From: Salpingoeca rosetta
Taxonomy: Eukaryota; Protista; Choanoflagellata
NCBI GenBank assembly: GCA_033442325.1
Contig: JAWQFM010000010.1
Coordinates: forward strand, 1,796,187-1,860,186
DNA length: 64,000 nt
Direction of reading: 5' to 3'
Part shown: positions 1 through 14,641 of the stretch, piece by piece
Layout: every line of letters begins with the position of its first letter
Numbering within the stretch: position 1 is the stretch's first letter
The notes under the pieces: generated by a model
Databases searched by the model: none
Seen by the model: only the letters and a program-made list of their open reading frames with translations
What the model was told of the DNA's origin: nothing
Made by a program: the position numbers and the translations under genes

Positions 1-2615
1 TCCGTGACGCCTGCGAGCGCCAGTGCGGGTGCGCTGGTGACCATTACGGGCTCCTTGTGCGGCGGTGGCAGCTCGATTGTGGACGTGCTGTTTGACACGT
101 TCAACTCGACCATCGAGGCGTCCAGCTGCAGCCAGGCGCGCGTGCGCGTTCCCGACACCGGCCTCAACACGTCGGTGTCTGTGAGCGTGGTGTCTGACAC
201 GGGCAGCATTGTCGAGCTGGTTGGCGGGTTCACCTACCTTGCGGATGGCGCCATCTTGTCGATCTCTCCACCCGCGGGCCAGTCTGGAACCGTGGTTGAG
301 ATTCGCGGCGTGAACATGCTTGGCGGGTCAGCCGGCATCTCGTCCCTCAAGCTGGCCGGCTCCAACGTGCTGGTGGATGTGGTGAGCGACACGTTCATCA
401 ACGCGACCGTGCTCACGGGCTCTGGGCAGGGCGACGTGACGCTGGTGTCGCAGGCGGGCGTGACGCTTCGCCTGCGCAATGGGTGGACGTTCAGCCGCGT
501 GCAGCAGCTGGAGCCGAACAGCGGCATGCGTGGCACGGTTGTCACAATCCGCGGCCTCGCACTGCTTGCCGGTGGGTCCCGCGTTGCGTCGGCGCGCCTG
601 GGCGGCCAACCCGTTGCCAGCATCGTGTCCAACTCCTCCAGCGAGGTTGTTGTGGAGGCGGCTGCGAACCTGGTGACGGCGGACACACGCGGCGACGTGG
701 TTCTGACGATGGACAACGGGCAGACGGTGTCGCGCTCCAACGTGTGGACATACAAGCCGCCGGGCTCGATTGACCTCGTTGAGCCTGGCAGCGGCCAGAG
801 CGGCACGGTTGTCACGATTAGCGGCACCGAGCTGCTTGGGTACGGCACCAACTACACGTCTGTGTCCCTCTCTGGCGTTCCCGTGCAGTCGATCCTGTCT
901 GCAAACAACACGCGCGTGGTGGTGGTTGCAGCGGCAAGCGCCACGCAGCAGGCCGGCGACGTCGTGCTTGTCTCTGACACGGGCTCGCGGGTTGTCCTTG
1001 CTGACGGCAACGCGGGCACGTTCCTGCAGGACGGGCTCTGGCAGTATGTGGCACCCGCAGAGCTGACGAGCGTGTCGCCGGCCGAGGGCCAGGTCAGCAC
1101 CCTCGTCACCGTCACCGGCACGGGCCTGCGCGGTGGCGGCAACGCCATCGACCAGGTGCTGCTGTCTGGTGTGGAGGCGGACGTGGTGAGCGAGTCCGAC
1201 ACACAGCTGGTCGTGCGGGCGCAAGCGGGCATGCCGACCGCCGTGGCCGGCAGCATTGAGATTCTGGCGGACACGGGCGCGCGCGCCGTGTTTGAGCAGG
1301 CGTGGCGCTACGTGCCTGCAGGCAACGTGTCGTCCGTGTCGCCGTCAACTGGACAGCAAGGAACGCTGGTGACCATTTCCGGCACGCGCCTGCGCGGCAA
1401 CTCCACGGCTGTCGAGCGTGTGCTGCTGGCTGGCGTGGAGGCGACGGTGCTGTCTGAGAGCGACGCCCTGGTGGTGGTGTCAGCGGAGGCCTCTGCCGGC
1501 ACCAGCGCTGGCGACGTGGTGCTGATTGGCAGCACGGGCGCCACGGTCACGGCCAGCACGGCGTTCAGGTACCTGACGCCGGCAAACGTGACGCTGGTGA
1601 GCCCGTCCATGGGTCAGCTCGGAACGCTGGTAACCATCACGGGCACGGCGTTGCTGGGCGGCGGCTCCAACATCTCGCGCGTGCTGTTCAACTCCACGTC
1701 CTCACTGCGGGTGCTGTCCGCAAGCGACACGGTTGTTGTGGCGGAGTCGCCGCGTTCTGGTGTTGCTGGCACGGTTGACCTGACGCTGATTGCGGACACG
1801 GGCGCCTTCACAGCAGTGACGGGCGGCTGGACGTTCCTTGAGCCCGGTGTTGTGGACAGCGTGGATCCCCCGCAGGGCCAGGTCGGCACATCTGTGACGA
1901 TCCGCGGACGCAACCTGCTGCAGGGCGCAATGAACGTGACGGCGGTGCGCTTTGGCGATGTGCTGACCCGCATCATGAGCTTCAACTCCACGCAGATTAT
2001 TGTCGGTGTTGAGGACGGCGGCGTGCCCGGAACGACAGGCACCATCCGCGTGACGACGGAGACTGGCGCATATGTGGAGCTTGTGGATGGCTGGACGTTT
2101 GCGTTGTTGGCGACCATTGATGGTGTGTCGCCGAGCAGCGGCCACTTTGGCACGCTGGTCAACATCTCCGGCATCAACCTGCAGGCTGGCGGGCGCTACA
2201 TTGCAACAGCCTTCCTTGCCGGTGTGGAGGTTGACTCTGTGGTGATTGCAGACGAGCCTGACCATGTGGTGGTGGTGGCGGGCGCCAGCACGGGTGCCAT
2301 CACCAACGGCGATGTGGTGCTGGTGAGCGACAACGGTGCGCGCACCACCCTGGCCAACGCGTTCTCGTACGTTGCTCCGGGCAACATCACGAGCGTGTCG
2401 CCTGGGTTTGGCCAGTACGGCACGGTTGTGCACATTGAGGGCAGCAATCTGCTTGGTGGTGGCTCCACTCTCTCGCGCGCCTCACTGCGGTTCGTGGATG
2501 CGGTATCAATTGTGTCTGCGTCCAACACCGAGGTGGTGCTTGTGGCGGCTGCAAGCCAGGCCGGCCCAGGCCCTGTGCACCTTTACGCTGACACAGGGGC
2601 CGTTGTCTCCGCGGA
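1..2615 (+). CDS. IPT/TIG (Ig-like) tandem-repeat extracellular protein, 5'-partial; 3' end uncertain
   Basis: Single long ORF with about 10 repeats of ~88 aa (xVSPxxGQxGTxVTIxGxxLxGG...DVVLxSDTGA...WxY), typical IPT/TIG pattern, many N-x-S/T sequons. A probable donor GTGCGT near 2616 is followed by (GT)n; downstream exon not resolved. Confidence 0.8.
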
Positions 2616-2638
2616 GTGCGTGTGAGACTCTTGAATCG

Positions 2639-2742
<104 letters not shown>

Positions 2743-3432
2743 ATTGGGAGTGGGAGGAGTGGAGGAGGATGAGTTGAATTGAGAGGGAGAGCCCTTTGAG
2801 TTGAGTGGAACCGTGAGTGTAATGCGACCAACAAACTTCGTCTATCCTTTGGTGTCTTTCAGACGGCTGGTGGATGATGTCTGTACGTGGGGTTTTTCAT
2901 GTGCCACATCCAAACCAACCATGTGTTTTGTCCTGTCTCGTGAGTATGATGACGTCAGTTGATTTTTTTTGGTTGTTTTGTGCGCCCTTGTCTTCCCCCC
3001 ATGTGTTTCTGGTGTTGTTCATTTTGGCAATTGCGTGTTGGGCAGCTGCTGCCTCTTGTGCACAAGCACACGGTTGCTTCTCCTCCAGGCGGGGCAAGCC
3101 ACGACCGTGTTCGGTGGTGGCTTCCTTGCGTGTGGTCGGAGGGGCAACACGGATGGCAAGTGCATGGGCGGTCGTGAGCAACCAACACACATTTTTCTGA
3201 CAAACCAAACCACAACAACTCCCTCCACGTGTTTTCTGTTTGTTTTCTGTCTTCTTCATTTTCATTGTTGTGACTTGTGAACCATGAATGAAACGACGCA
3301 ATCACAATCACAATGCAAAGACATATCGATCCCCTTGCTTGATCTCCTGCTTTCTTGCTTGCTTGAATGAAGAACAAAGGGGGCGAGTGTGTGAGCGGGA
3401 GGGGAGAAAGCATGCGGTTGTCTGTCTGTCAC

Positions 3433-3481
3433 CTACGCGAGAGCTACACCAGCGGCCTGCATGTATCGCAAAAGTGCATGC

Positions 3482-3537
<56 letters not shown>

Positions 3538-3605
3538 CTGTGGGCTGCGCGGCTGGGTGGGAAACACACCATTGACCGTGCGATCACAGGAAGAGCTCCC
3601 AGGTG

Positions 3606-3671
<66 letters not shown>

Positions 3672-4275
3672 GCACGCACCTGGAAGTACGAGGAGAGCGG
3701 CTGCTGTACGTTTGCCGGGATGGCCGCCTTCAGGTTCTGGTGCTGCGAGAAGCAGCTGCCAAGATGCTGCGCAACAAACGTGCGCACATCAGACACCTCC
3801 TTGAAGTAGTCCTCATCTGGCTGCCCGGCATATGCGAGCCGGTTGAACGTTGCCGTGCGATATCCAGACGCGTCTACACCAACAAACACCCGGCAGGCGT
3901 GAATGTGCGTGTGATTGTGTGCTTGAATGTGCATCTGCTTGAATGTGCATCTGCTTGAATGTGCATCTGCTTGAATGTGCATCTGTGTGTGCGTGGAGTA
4001 CAGAACACACGCACCAAACGGCTACCAAGCAAAGCGCGCGAGCATTAAGGCCACGGCATGATTGAACACGACAAGGCAAGACGCATGCAGACCTGCAACA
4101 GGCTCCTCGACGTCAAATTCGTCGGGATGCTCCTCCTCCGGCAGTTCAATCACGCTGACAAGCGTCTCCAGCAGCTTGGCCCACAACTGCCGCGCGCACA
4201 CACGCAGGGCAAGGGGGGGGGGGATGATGGTGGTTGTGAGAACAAAAACAAAAACAAACCACCAATATGAATTAT

Positions 4276-4336
<61 letters not shown>

Positions 4337-5164
4337 GGCGGCGGTACCTCTGGCTGGGACATGACGGTGTTGCTGGCGCAGAGCATCTGGGTGATGCCAA
4401 TCACACAGGCCTTGCGCTCGGCGTCGCCCGACACCTTTCGCACGTCCTCCATGATGCGGTTCAGCACCATCCCAAACAGCCCAGGTTGGATGCTGTTGTT
4501 TGGTTGTTTGTTTGTGTGTATATGTGTATGAGTGTGTTTGTTTGTTTGTGTGTGTGTATATGTGTGTGTGTGTTTGTGTTTGTTTGTTTGTTTGTTTGTG
4601 AGTGTGTTTGTGTTTGTTTGTTTGTGTGTGTGTATATGTCACTTGAGCGGGGAGTCGAGCGGCGGAACAAACACAAGACATGCAGGCACTAACATGAAGC
4701 AACAACAACATACATCAGCGCAACGCAATACACACAATACACGCGTACAATACACAACAACATGCTCTCTGCGTTTGTCATGCACCACTCACGCATCGAA
4801 GATCTGGGCGACTGTGTTTGGATCGCGCACGCCGGTGAGGAAGCAGACGAATGTGATGAAGTTGGAGGTGAACTTGGCTGTTCGGGAGCCTGTCATGCGT
4901 GCAAGCATGAGGCGCATCACTGTCTCCATGTACGGGGCAAGCATCTCGTATGGGAGGTTAGCCACCATCGCAGTGAGCAGCTTGAAGCCGTCTTGGTCGT
5001 GCGCCTGATGGTGTTGGCAAGAGGAAGGGGCGAGAGATAGGAAGGGACACCGTCAGCACATGCCCACATGACGACATGAGATTATATCACGTGACGACAT
5101 TTGAGCTGTCGATGCGCAACACAAATCAGACGCACGTCCAATGCACAATAGCCAGCAAAGCACC

Positions 5165-5195
<31 letters not shown>

Positions 5196-7359
5196 CCACA
5201 GGGCCCTGCTCACCACCACCACCACCACACCTTTGATGCGATGAGCTTCTGGAACACGCCGAGCAAGCCCTCAATCTCGGCCGTGCCGCTGACCACCGTG
5301 GTCTTGCCCACTTTGAAGAAGGCGCAGAGGAAGCGAACAAGCGGGGTGGTGTTGGCACCAGACTCCCACAAGCCCGGGTTGGTGAGGTGCGGAAACAGAC
5401 TCATGTACGTGTCTGGCACTGGTGGCTGCCGCAGCTCAAGCAACTGCGCAAGCAGCTGGAAGATGTACGGCTGGAACTCTGCAGGCAAACAATGGGGGCG
5501 AAGAGAAGTGTTGGTGGTGGTGACAGAAAAGGATGGTGATGGGTGGCGGTGATTAGTGTGTGGAAACACGTCACGAGATGAGAGGACGAGAAGACAAGCA
5601 CGGGCGAGGGTGGTGCAAATAGACACCTACTGGTGTTTTGCTTGTGGCACGGCACGCAAGCAAAACAACGACACGAGACCAGAACACGTGCGTGGCTGCA
5701 TGTGTGTTGCTGTATGTGCGTTGCTGTATGTGCGTGGTTGTATGTGCGTGGTTGTATGTGTGTGGCTGTATGTGTTGCACCTTCGACGTCGTTTGTGAGG
5801 AGGAGTTCAAATGGCGGGAAGAGCGCCGCCTCAAACTTCTCCAGAATCTCGTGGCTCGTCGAGCACGAGAACCTGATGTATCCACACCATGCACAGCAAA
5901 TGGCACGGGTCAGCGCACCGACCACGTTTGATGTTGTGTGTGTGTGTGTGTGTGTCTGTGTGTGTGTGTGTGTGTCTGTGTGTGTGTGTGTGTGTGTCTG
6001 TGTGTGTCTGTGTGTGTGTGTGTGTGTGTGTTGGGCACAACGATATGCACCAGCTCACATTGTGACGGACACGAACAACCCTACCAGCTAACAAAGTGCG
6101 ACTTACCGGATGGCGGAACCAAACGCCTCAAACATAAAGTGGTTGAAGCGTGGACGGCCAGGGTTCTTGGCAACCTCCAGCAAGATGGCTGCAAGCTTGT
6201 CCACAATCGTCACAATGTAGGGGAGGATGGCAGCCTTACAGGCCACAATCGTGCGCATAATGGCTGAAAAAGAAAAAATTGAATGCGAGCAAGCACGGGT
6301 GAGTGCACACATGAGAGCGAAGGGGGCACGTTGGCACTAAATGCAAAGAGAGCAGTATCAAGCGAAACATACTCACACACGTCAAGTTGCACATGCCATG
6401 GGCACACAACGTGACACAACACGACGAAACAACAACACACTCGACGTCACCAAACAATACACACAACCACCCCGTTATGTGTGTGGTGGGTGCTGCTGAC
6501 CTTTCATGACGTATTCGTTCTCGCCATTGCCGGGGACGCTGAGGGCGTGGAAGAGGTTCGTGAGGAGGGACTCAAGATGCGGCGTGACGACATCAACGGG
6601 GAGCAGCAGCGCCCCTTGGCGACGCGACACAAGCTGCCGCTCAATGCACGCTGGACAACAACATCAAGGGGAGACAGGAGGAATGGGAGGGGGAGTGGGT
6701 GGCGTGAGAGGATGCAATGGAAAACGGCAAATGGCAGTAATCAACACGCGTTCAGGAATGTGCCTCTGCATCCATGTACGCCGGTGTAGGTGTGTGCGTG
6801 TGCCTGTGCATGTATCTGAAACGTGCATGGTGAATTGTGTGTGTGTGTGTGTGTTTGAGGCTGCAGACAGGCCCATTCGTGTGCGTCTGTCTCACCAGCA
6901 GCGTAGGAGTTGACGACGCAGATTGGGGAGGAGAGGTGGTGGATGAGGTAGGGCAGCACCCCGGCGTTTGTCTCGTGCGCCAGCTGTCACACGCAACGTG
7001 GCCAAGAACAAGAGAACGTGGGGAGTAAGAAAAGGCAAGTGAGTAAGAACGCAAATGAGGAATGCAATCTTTGGTGGCCACTGTAACAAGCACACACACG
7101 TGCATACGCGTACGAGCATATACACACAGAGGGGCGAATGCACTAGGCAACTCACGTGACCGCGGAAAGTGAGGACGTATTTGATGGCGTCCGCAACGAG
7201 CACAGGATGGGAACCGGCATCCTGCGACACACGTGGCGATGACAAGAAGAAGGACGCATACATGTCACGCAGGACAGGCAGTCCGATTGTGAGTAGCAGC
7301 TACGAGGAACGCCCGCGCCACGACGCACGTTGTTGACACACGAGACGGCGAACTTTCTG

Positions 7360-7437
<78 letters not shown>

Positions 7438-7903
7438 TTACGCACGTACCGGCTTGAGATGTGCGACGATTACGTTGTGGAAAAAGTCTTCAACGTTGAT
7501 AAACTGGTTGGTCTCTGTGGTGCCAGCGCTCGCTGTCTTGCTGCGCACCGCCTGCACAACGACACAATCGTTGAGAATGTGGAACATGAGGGGGAGAGTG
7601 TGGCGCGTGCACATAAAGAAATAGACATACACACACATGAAGCAACACACACACACATATAAATCAACACACACATAAAGCGACAGACAGGCACACATAC
7701 ACAAAGAAAGATAGAGATAGAGACAGTCAGTCAGTCAAGCAGTCAAGCAGACAACAGCCACAACCCAAACACTGGGGCTGTCCCGTTCCAATCTTTGTTT
7801 GTCTTCTGGTGTGTGCACGTACGAGTGAGGTGACAAGGAAGATGGCAACATCCTTCGACTTCCAGTTGTTGACGGGATCAGCCTGATACGTCTGCACACG
7901 GAT

Positions 7904-7941
<38 letters not shown>

Positions 7942-8181
7942 GCAGCAACATGGGATGAGATCCAGCAAACCAAATGGTCAGAAGTTAAAATGGCACAGTA
8001 GAGCACAATCATAGAACGAGAAGCATGGAGGGGTACCTCGATGAGGGTGGAGACGTGGGCAGAGAAGATGTCGGTGACCTGGCTCTCAAAGAACTTGCAC
8101 AGTCCACGCACAAGGTCGCAGGCAGCGCGGCGTCGCGTGTCAACATCTGCATTCGTGGGCAGAGATGACAGGGGTGGTCAG

Positions 8182-8280
<99 letters not shown>

Positions 8281-8954
8281 CGACAGTGGTGCGTGTGCGT
8301 GCGTGCGGGTGGGCGTGCGTGCACATACGCAACAGTGGCTGGCATGTGACCGAAAGCAACTACACCCCTCTGTATGAGCATGACCCTCTGCTCACCTGAG
8401 CCCTCAATGTCGCGTCGGATGTACTCCTCCGCGTTGTCCTCGAAAATCTCCTCGTCCGCCTCCCGGAAGTACATGTTCGGCACAATCACCTGCACACGGG
8501 CAACCCAGAATGGTGGTGACGGCACACAGGTCGGCGCGGGTGGATGGTGGGAACGGTGAGGCTTGACACAATAACGAAGAGGCCCAACACAAAGTCGCAG
8601 TTTTCAACAGAGGGCCGCAACTCCACCGTGCAATCACCACACATGCCACCGCTGACGCAATCACGCATGCAACCACACACGCCACTGCTGTGCTGCAGCA
8701 TCGCACCTGCTCGCAGATTGCCTTGAGGACGGCCTCGTCGGAGAAAAGATCCATGTTCTGCTTCCGCTCGGACACAGACGTCAGGAAGTTCATCGCAGTG
8801 CTCACAAGCTGGCACACAGGAATGGCAGCGCACACGTGGAAGGGAAGGAGGGAGTGAGTGAGAGTGTGTGCGAAGGAGGCAGTGTGCCAGTGAGTGTGAA
8901 TTTGAGTGTGCGTGTGTGTGTGTGTGTGAACGAGTGTCCATGTGAGTGTGTGCG

Positions 8955-9032
<78 letters not shown>

Positions 9033-9844
9033 TGAACGAGTATCCATGTGAGTGTCCATGTGAGTGTCAATGTCAGTAGTGTGTGCATCATGAGAGGGTG
9101 GCTTGTGCGTGCGGTCGACAGGAGCAACATAAAAACGAGCCAAGACAACTGTGTGACAAATAGATGTCCTTACGTAATCGTTCTTGACTTCAAGACCGGT
9201 GGTGGTGAGCAAGTGCCACACAACGTCCACAAACTGACGCAGGTAGATCTGTAGCGGCCGGGGGAGGGGGTGATAAAGAACGCATTGTCATGGGCCAGAA
9301 CATGCGGAGCGGTTGAACAACAACATACCTATAGATGAAATAACACAAGCAACACATACACACACACAAGCATACACACATGCACACACACACACAACAC
9401 ACACAAGCATACACACGCAATCAAACAAAACAGACACAGACATAGCCAAACAAACAGCCAGCAGACGCACCTGGAACTCCTCGTCGTACTTCTGTGCGTA
9501 GAGGCTGATGCAGGCGCAAATCTGGCCCTTCACCTGCTGCACAACGCCTGGCTTCTCCAGGTCGTCGTCATCAAGCTCGGGCATGTTGGGCAGCTTGAGC
9601 AGCGTGAGAAACCCGTGCATCCACTCCTCCATGTGATCCTCAAAGAACGCAGGCAGGTCCTGCCCACCCGTGCGCACGATTGGTGGTGGTGCAGGGTGTG
9701 ATGGTGGATTGTGGTGTGACAGCACGTTGTCGTGTGAGAAATGTGAAGAAATGACCTGCTTGGGCTGACACCATGTCGTGTTGCATGTTGTTGCTTCTAG
9801 TGGTTTGTGACTGTTGGGCCTGGCCCAACTACATGGATTCCCAA

Positions 9845-9926
<82 letters not shown>

Positions 9927-11044
9927 ACACACACGCACACACGCACGCACACACGCACACACGCACGCACGCACGCACACACGCACACACACACACACAC
10001 AATAGTCACGTATTATGCGCACCTGGAAGTTGAGGCTGTAGAAGATCTGCAGAACAAGCTCTGTTGCCTCCAAGACGGGCACGAGTTGGGCGGGCTCGCT
10101 GGCCAGCTGCTCCACAGCCTTGACGCAATTGCCAAACAGCGTAGTCAGCGGTTGCGCGAGGGTGTCGATGACGTACTTGATTTCGATCCACAATTCGTCG
10201 CTACGCTCCTCGTACCGATACCTTTGCCATCGCGCGTTTGTGTGCGTGCGTGCATGTGTGTGTGTGTGCATTTGAAAGTGAGAGAGTGTGTGTGTGTGCG
10301 TGCGTGCGTGTGTGTGTGCAATTGTGTGCGTGTGTGTGAGCATGTGTGCATGCGTTTTGTGATTGGCGGGTGAGCAGCGGCCACGAGAGGGTTGACATAA
10401 GGAAAGCGGCAGTGAGTCCAACACACGTGTGCGTATGGCGATTCAACAACATTCGCACAACTATCACTGGTGTGTACCCGTGCTCACACCAAGAACATCC
10501 GCACACACGTGCGCACGTGCGCGCGCAGTCAATGTGCGGGCGCCAAGGACCACGACTACAACAAGCACATAGCAGGTACGCACTTCCAGAAGATGGGGTC
10601 TGCGGCGCGGAGGACGCCCTTGATGGCGTTGAAGTCGGTGCCTTGGAGATGCTCGATGAGGCTGGGCAGGAGCTGCTGCCAGTGCTCCGGGAAGTCGGAC
10701 TTGGCGATGCGGGCGATGGCTTCGCAGATTTGCTTCTGCACGTACTGCGGGGTGTTGAGCATGATGGAGATGATTTGCGTCTTGATTTGCTCTTTGTCCG
10801 ACTGGGCGAGGCTGTTTTCCTCGGAGGCCCAGCGCCTCTTGACGACGTTCTTGAAGGTGATGGCGGCGGCCTGTCGCACGCCGCGGTCGAGCGAGTCCGT
10901 CATCATTGTGTTGACCAGAATCATGAGGAAGCCCTCGTTGTGCTCCACTGACTCGAGAAACTTCTCCGCCTCCTTGCGCGTGGCCGGGTTGGGGTCCAGC
11001 GTCTGCTGGAGGTAGTGCACCATCGTCTGCACGTTCTCGTCCAT
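3433..11044 (-). CDS. CSE1L: Exportin-2 / CSE1 (CAS), multi-exon
   Basis: Exon 1 [34 protein letters not shown]...[16 protein letters not shown] (importin-beta N domain). Later exons give [96 protein letters not shown]. Last exon AAGVALA* ends at 3433. Confidence 0.95.
3484..3666. repeat. Paired (GT)n and (CA)n microsatellites forming an inverted repeat in the last CSE1 intron
   Basis: (GT)n at ~3484-3535 and (CA)n at ~3609-3666, separated by ~70 nt. Confidence 0.9.
3920..3983. repeat. 16-bp minisatellite TGCTTGAATGTGCATC x4 (intronic)
   Basis: Four perfect tandem copies read directly. Confidence 0.9.
8182..8280. repeat. (TGA/GAT)n trinucleotide microsatellite (intronic)
   Basis: About 33 tandem units; source of the poly-M/D/I/H artefact ORFs. 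Confidence 0.95.
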
Positions 11045-11551
11045 CTCTCCGGTCTACTTTGTTTGTTTGTTGGGGGCGGGGGTCAGTCAGGGCTGTCTGT
11101 CGTGATGCTGAAAGGGTTTCAGGCTCGGTCAGAGGTGGATGCTGCTGCTGCTGCTGCTGCAGTGGAAAGGTGGTGCACGTTCTCGCGCTTCTCTTGCTTG
11201 GTCCGTTATTCAGGCAGCTGGCTGGTGGCTGGCGAATTTGGCTGTGCGAAAATTTTGTGCTGTCGCGTGCTTTTCCCGCAAGGTTGGTGGATAGTATCCG
11301 CACTCTACGTTTCGCACGAACTTTGCCCTTGACGTGGCACAGGCCTTGCTTCTGCGGCTGTTTTGTTTGTTTTGTTTCTTCCCTTTTCCCAAGTGTGTCA
11401 GTGGCCGTCATTCTGCTCCGCCTTGCTTCATTCATTCGCCTCTGGCTCACTTGCTCGCTTGCTCACTTGCTCACTCCCCTGTTGTTGATCCAGCCAGCCA
11501 GCCAGCCTTCTGCTTGCTTGTCCACCAAACACCACAGCGACCTGAAGGAAG

Positions 11552-13505
11552 ATGTTTGTTCGTGGTAGCCAGCGCCTGCTGCGCGCAGGCCGCATGATGT
11601 CGACGGCTGCTCGTGCCTCTGCGACAGCCACGTCCCGCACTGCCCGTGTGGCCACGCTGGCCCTCGGTGTCGGTGCTGCCGGCGCCGCCGCCTTCGCCGC
11701 CACCCCTGCCGCCGCGGAGTGCTCCTGGTGGAACCCGCTGTCGTGGTTCTATGGCGTCGACTACAACCAGCTCCGCGCCGACATTGAGGACATTGCCGAC
11801 GACAACATGGCTGGCCCTCTCCTCGTTCGCCTCGCCTGGCAGTGCGTACACACACACACACACTCCTCGCGCTTTGTTTTGATTTGTTTGTTTTGTGTTT
11901 TCATTGTTTTGAATTCGTGGTGGCTGTCATTGTCCATCGTGTGTTTGTGTATCTGTAGCGTGTCGTGTGTGTTTAGTGTTGTGGAGTGGAGTGGAGTGTT
12001 GTGGAGTGTGTCTGTTTGTGTGCACTGATGTCGGTATCGTTGCGTCATACGCGATCGCACACGCACACGCACACACACACACACACACTCTCTCTCTCTC
12101 ACGTGCGTTTGCGTCCTCTCCACTGTAGTTGCTCTGGCACGTACGACAAGAAGACCGGCACTGGCGGCAGCAACGGCGCCACCATGCGCTTTGCCCCCGA
12201 GTCCTCCGATGCTGCCAACGCTGGCCTCGACAAGGCCCGCAACCTCCTCGAGCCCCTCAAGGCCAAGTACCCCTGTAAGTAGCTATGTGTGTGTATGCGT
12301 GTGTGTGTGTGTGCACAGTGTGATTGCTTGTTCTCTGCTCTCATGTTGTGTCGTCCATAACCTGCACTTTTATTCACTTCGCGCACGTATTCTCTTGACA
12401 CTGCTCCCACCAGCTAGCTCACTTTCCCCTGCTGTTTGTTTGCGCAAACCCTTGTGGTGTGCCTGCTTCATTTGTTGTGGTCAGCCGTCTCCTACGCCGA
12501 TCTGTACACGTTTGCTGGTGTTGTTGCTGTTGAGAGCATGGGCAGCCCCAAGGTCAAGTGGTCCCCTGGCCGCACGGACGCTGCTGACGGCAAGGAATGC
12601 CCTCCCAACGGCCGCCTCCCTGATGCCACCCAAGTGCGTGCATTTCGCTTGTTTGTATGTATGTGTGCGTGTGTGTGTGTGTGTGTGTGTTGTCTGTGTG
12701 CGTGTGCGTGTGTGTACGTGTTACCCGTGTGCGTACGTGTTGTCTGTGTGCGTACGTGTTGTCCGTGTGCTTATCGGCCCCCTCCTGTCTGCTTGTAGCG
12801 TCTCGTGTCGCTTGCGTGCATGCATGCATTGTCACCCCCACCCCCCCCCCCCCCAACGCCGTATGACAACCCACCTCGCGCATCCCACTCACCCTTTGTT
12901 CCCATCTCCGACGATTAGGGCGCGTCCCACCTGCGCGATGTGTTCTACCGCATGGGCTTCAACGACCGCGAGATTGTCGCCCTCGCCGGCGCCCACACCC
13001 TCGGCCGCTGCCACATCGAGAACTCCGGCTTTGACGGCCCATGGACCCGGTACAACCCCCTTCGGTGTATGTGTGTGGGTATGGGTGAAGCGGTGTAGCG
13101 GTGTAAGGTTGCATGTTACATGAAGCAGTGGCCCAAAAGCGCCTTCTTCGTTGCCACGCACCTACGCATCCACTCGCCACTCATCACCTCCCCCCCCCCC
13201 CCTTTTTTTTTCTTCTCTTGCCGTACCTTCTTTCTTGCTTGTTCTTCAGCGACCCATATGGCCTTGACAACGACTTCTTCCGCCTTCTGATTGAGGAGAA
13301 GTGGACGATCCGCCCCAACTTCCAGCCGCTGCAGTACGAGGACTCGAGCAAGGAGCTTATGATGCTTCCCACGGACATGGCCCTCGTCTGGGACCCCTCC
13401 TTCAAGCAGTATGTGGAGCTCTACGCAAAGGACGGCGACCTCTTTCTCAAGGACTTTGCCGAGGCATTTGGCAAGCTTCTCGAGCTCGGCGTGCCCCGCA
13501 ACTGA
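11552..13505 (+). CDS. CCP1: Class I heme peroxidase, cytochrome c peroxidase-like, with mitochondrial presequence
   Basis: Arg-rich presequence [18 protein letters not shown] followed by a hydrophobic stretch. Distal motif [10 protein letters not shown]|[39 protein letters not shown]. Proximal motif [50 protein letters not shown]. Five exons. Confidence 0.9.
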
Positions 13506-14149
13506 GCACACGCACACGTCCACATCACACAGGCAGCGCTTGCAGCCTCCCACCATCAACCTCAACTTCAATTTCAACCTCCACCCCCGCCTCAATGCCG
13601 CCGTCACCTGCTTGTTTGCTTCCATGCACCGCCTGTGTGCGCGTCCTTGCGGAGCTGATGGCACCTCTGGTGGCTGCTGTTATTACATGAAGTGATACAC
13701 GAAACATACATCGACCTGTTGTCCTGTTTGTTTCGTGCAATTTGTTCTCCCCCTCCCACCTTCCTTCTTCCTCCTCCTCCACAATACAGACGAAAATGTA
13801 CACGCGCATGCTGCTGCTGCATGCATCATGAGAAACGCGCACGCGAGAGAGAGAGAGAGAGTGTGTGTGTGTGTGTGTGTGTGTGTGAGCAGATGGGTTG
13901 CCTATTGTCAAAAAGGAGGAAGCAATCTGGTTGTATTGTTTGCAAGTTGTACGCGGTGGTTGAGATGGAGATGGTTGGTTGGCGAATGTTGGCAGAACGA
14001 CTTTCTCCCAAACAGAACACAAGAGAGACGCAGACAACGTGTGTGTGTGTGTGTGTGTGTGTTGTGTACGTGTGTGTGTGCGTTTGCAGTAAGCGAGGAA
14101 AGAAGTCACGGCTGTTGTGTATGTGTGACACGACAAAGGCTCGTCGTCA

Positions 14150-14511
14150 TCAGAGCTCGTCCTTTGCGGCCGTGTTGGTGTCGTCCAACTCATCAAGGTC
14201 AATGTCGTCGAGCTCGGAGAGGTCGATTTCGTCCTCAAACGTCTCCTCGGGGGCGTCACTGCCGTCCCAGGCGGTGATTGCGGTCACCTGTGGCACCTCC
14301 CCGCCAATCACAGCAGCCGTCGGCACGCGCCCGGCAACCTGACAAGGGAGATTCGGGAGGGGGTGGGAGGGGGTGAGCAGCGGACATGGGATTCATGAGA
14401 TACAGGTGCGGGGGGGGGGTGACGCATGCAAGGGAAAATAGCGCACGAGCAAGGTATCACATGCAGAGGCAGGAGAGGGGAAGAGAGGGAGAAGGGGAGA
14501 GCCAAGGAGAC

Positions 14512-14567
<56 letters not shown>

Positions 14568-14600
14568 AGAGAGAGAGAGAAACAGGGAGGGAGAGAGAGG

Positions 14601-14641
<41 letters not shown>

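Noticed and set aside
11272-11279. E2F-like TTTCCCGC in divergent promoters (also 33942-33949)
   Set aside because: An 8-mer at two sites is compatible with chance; no further support.
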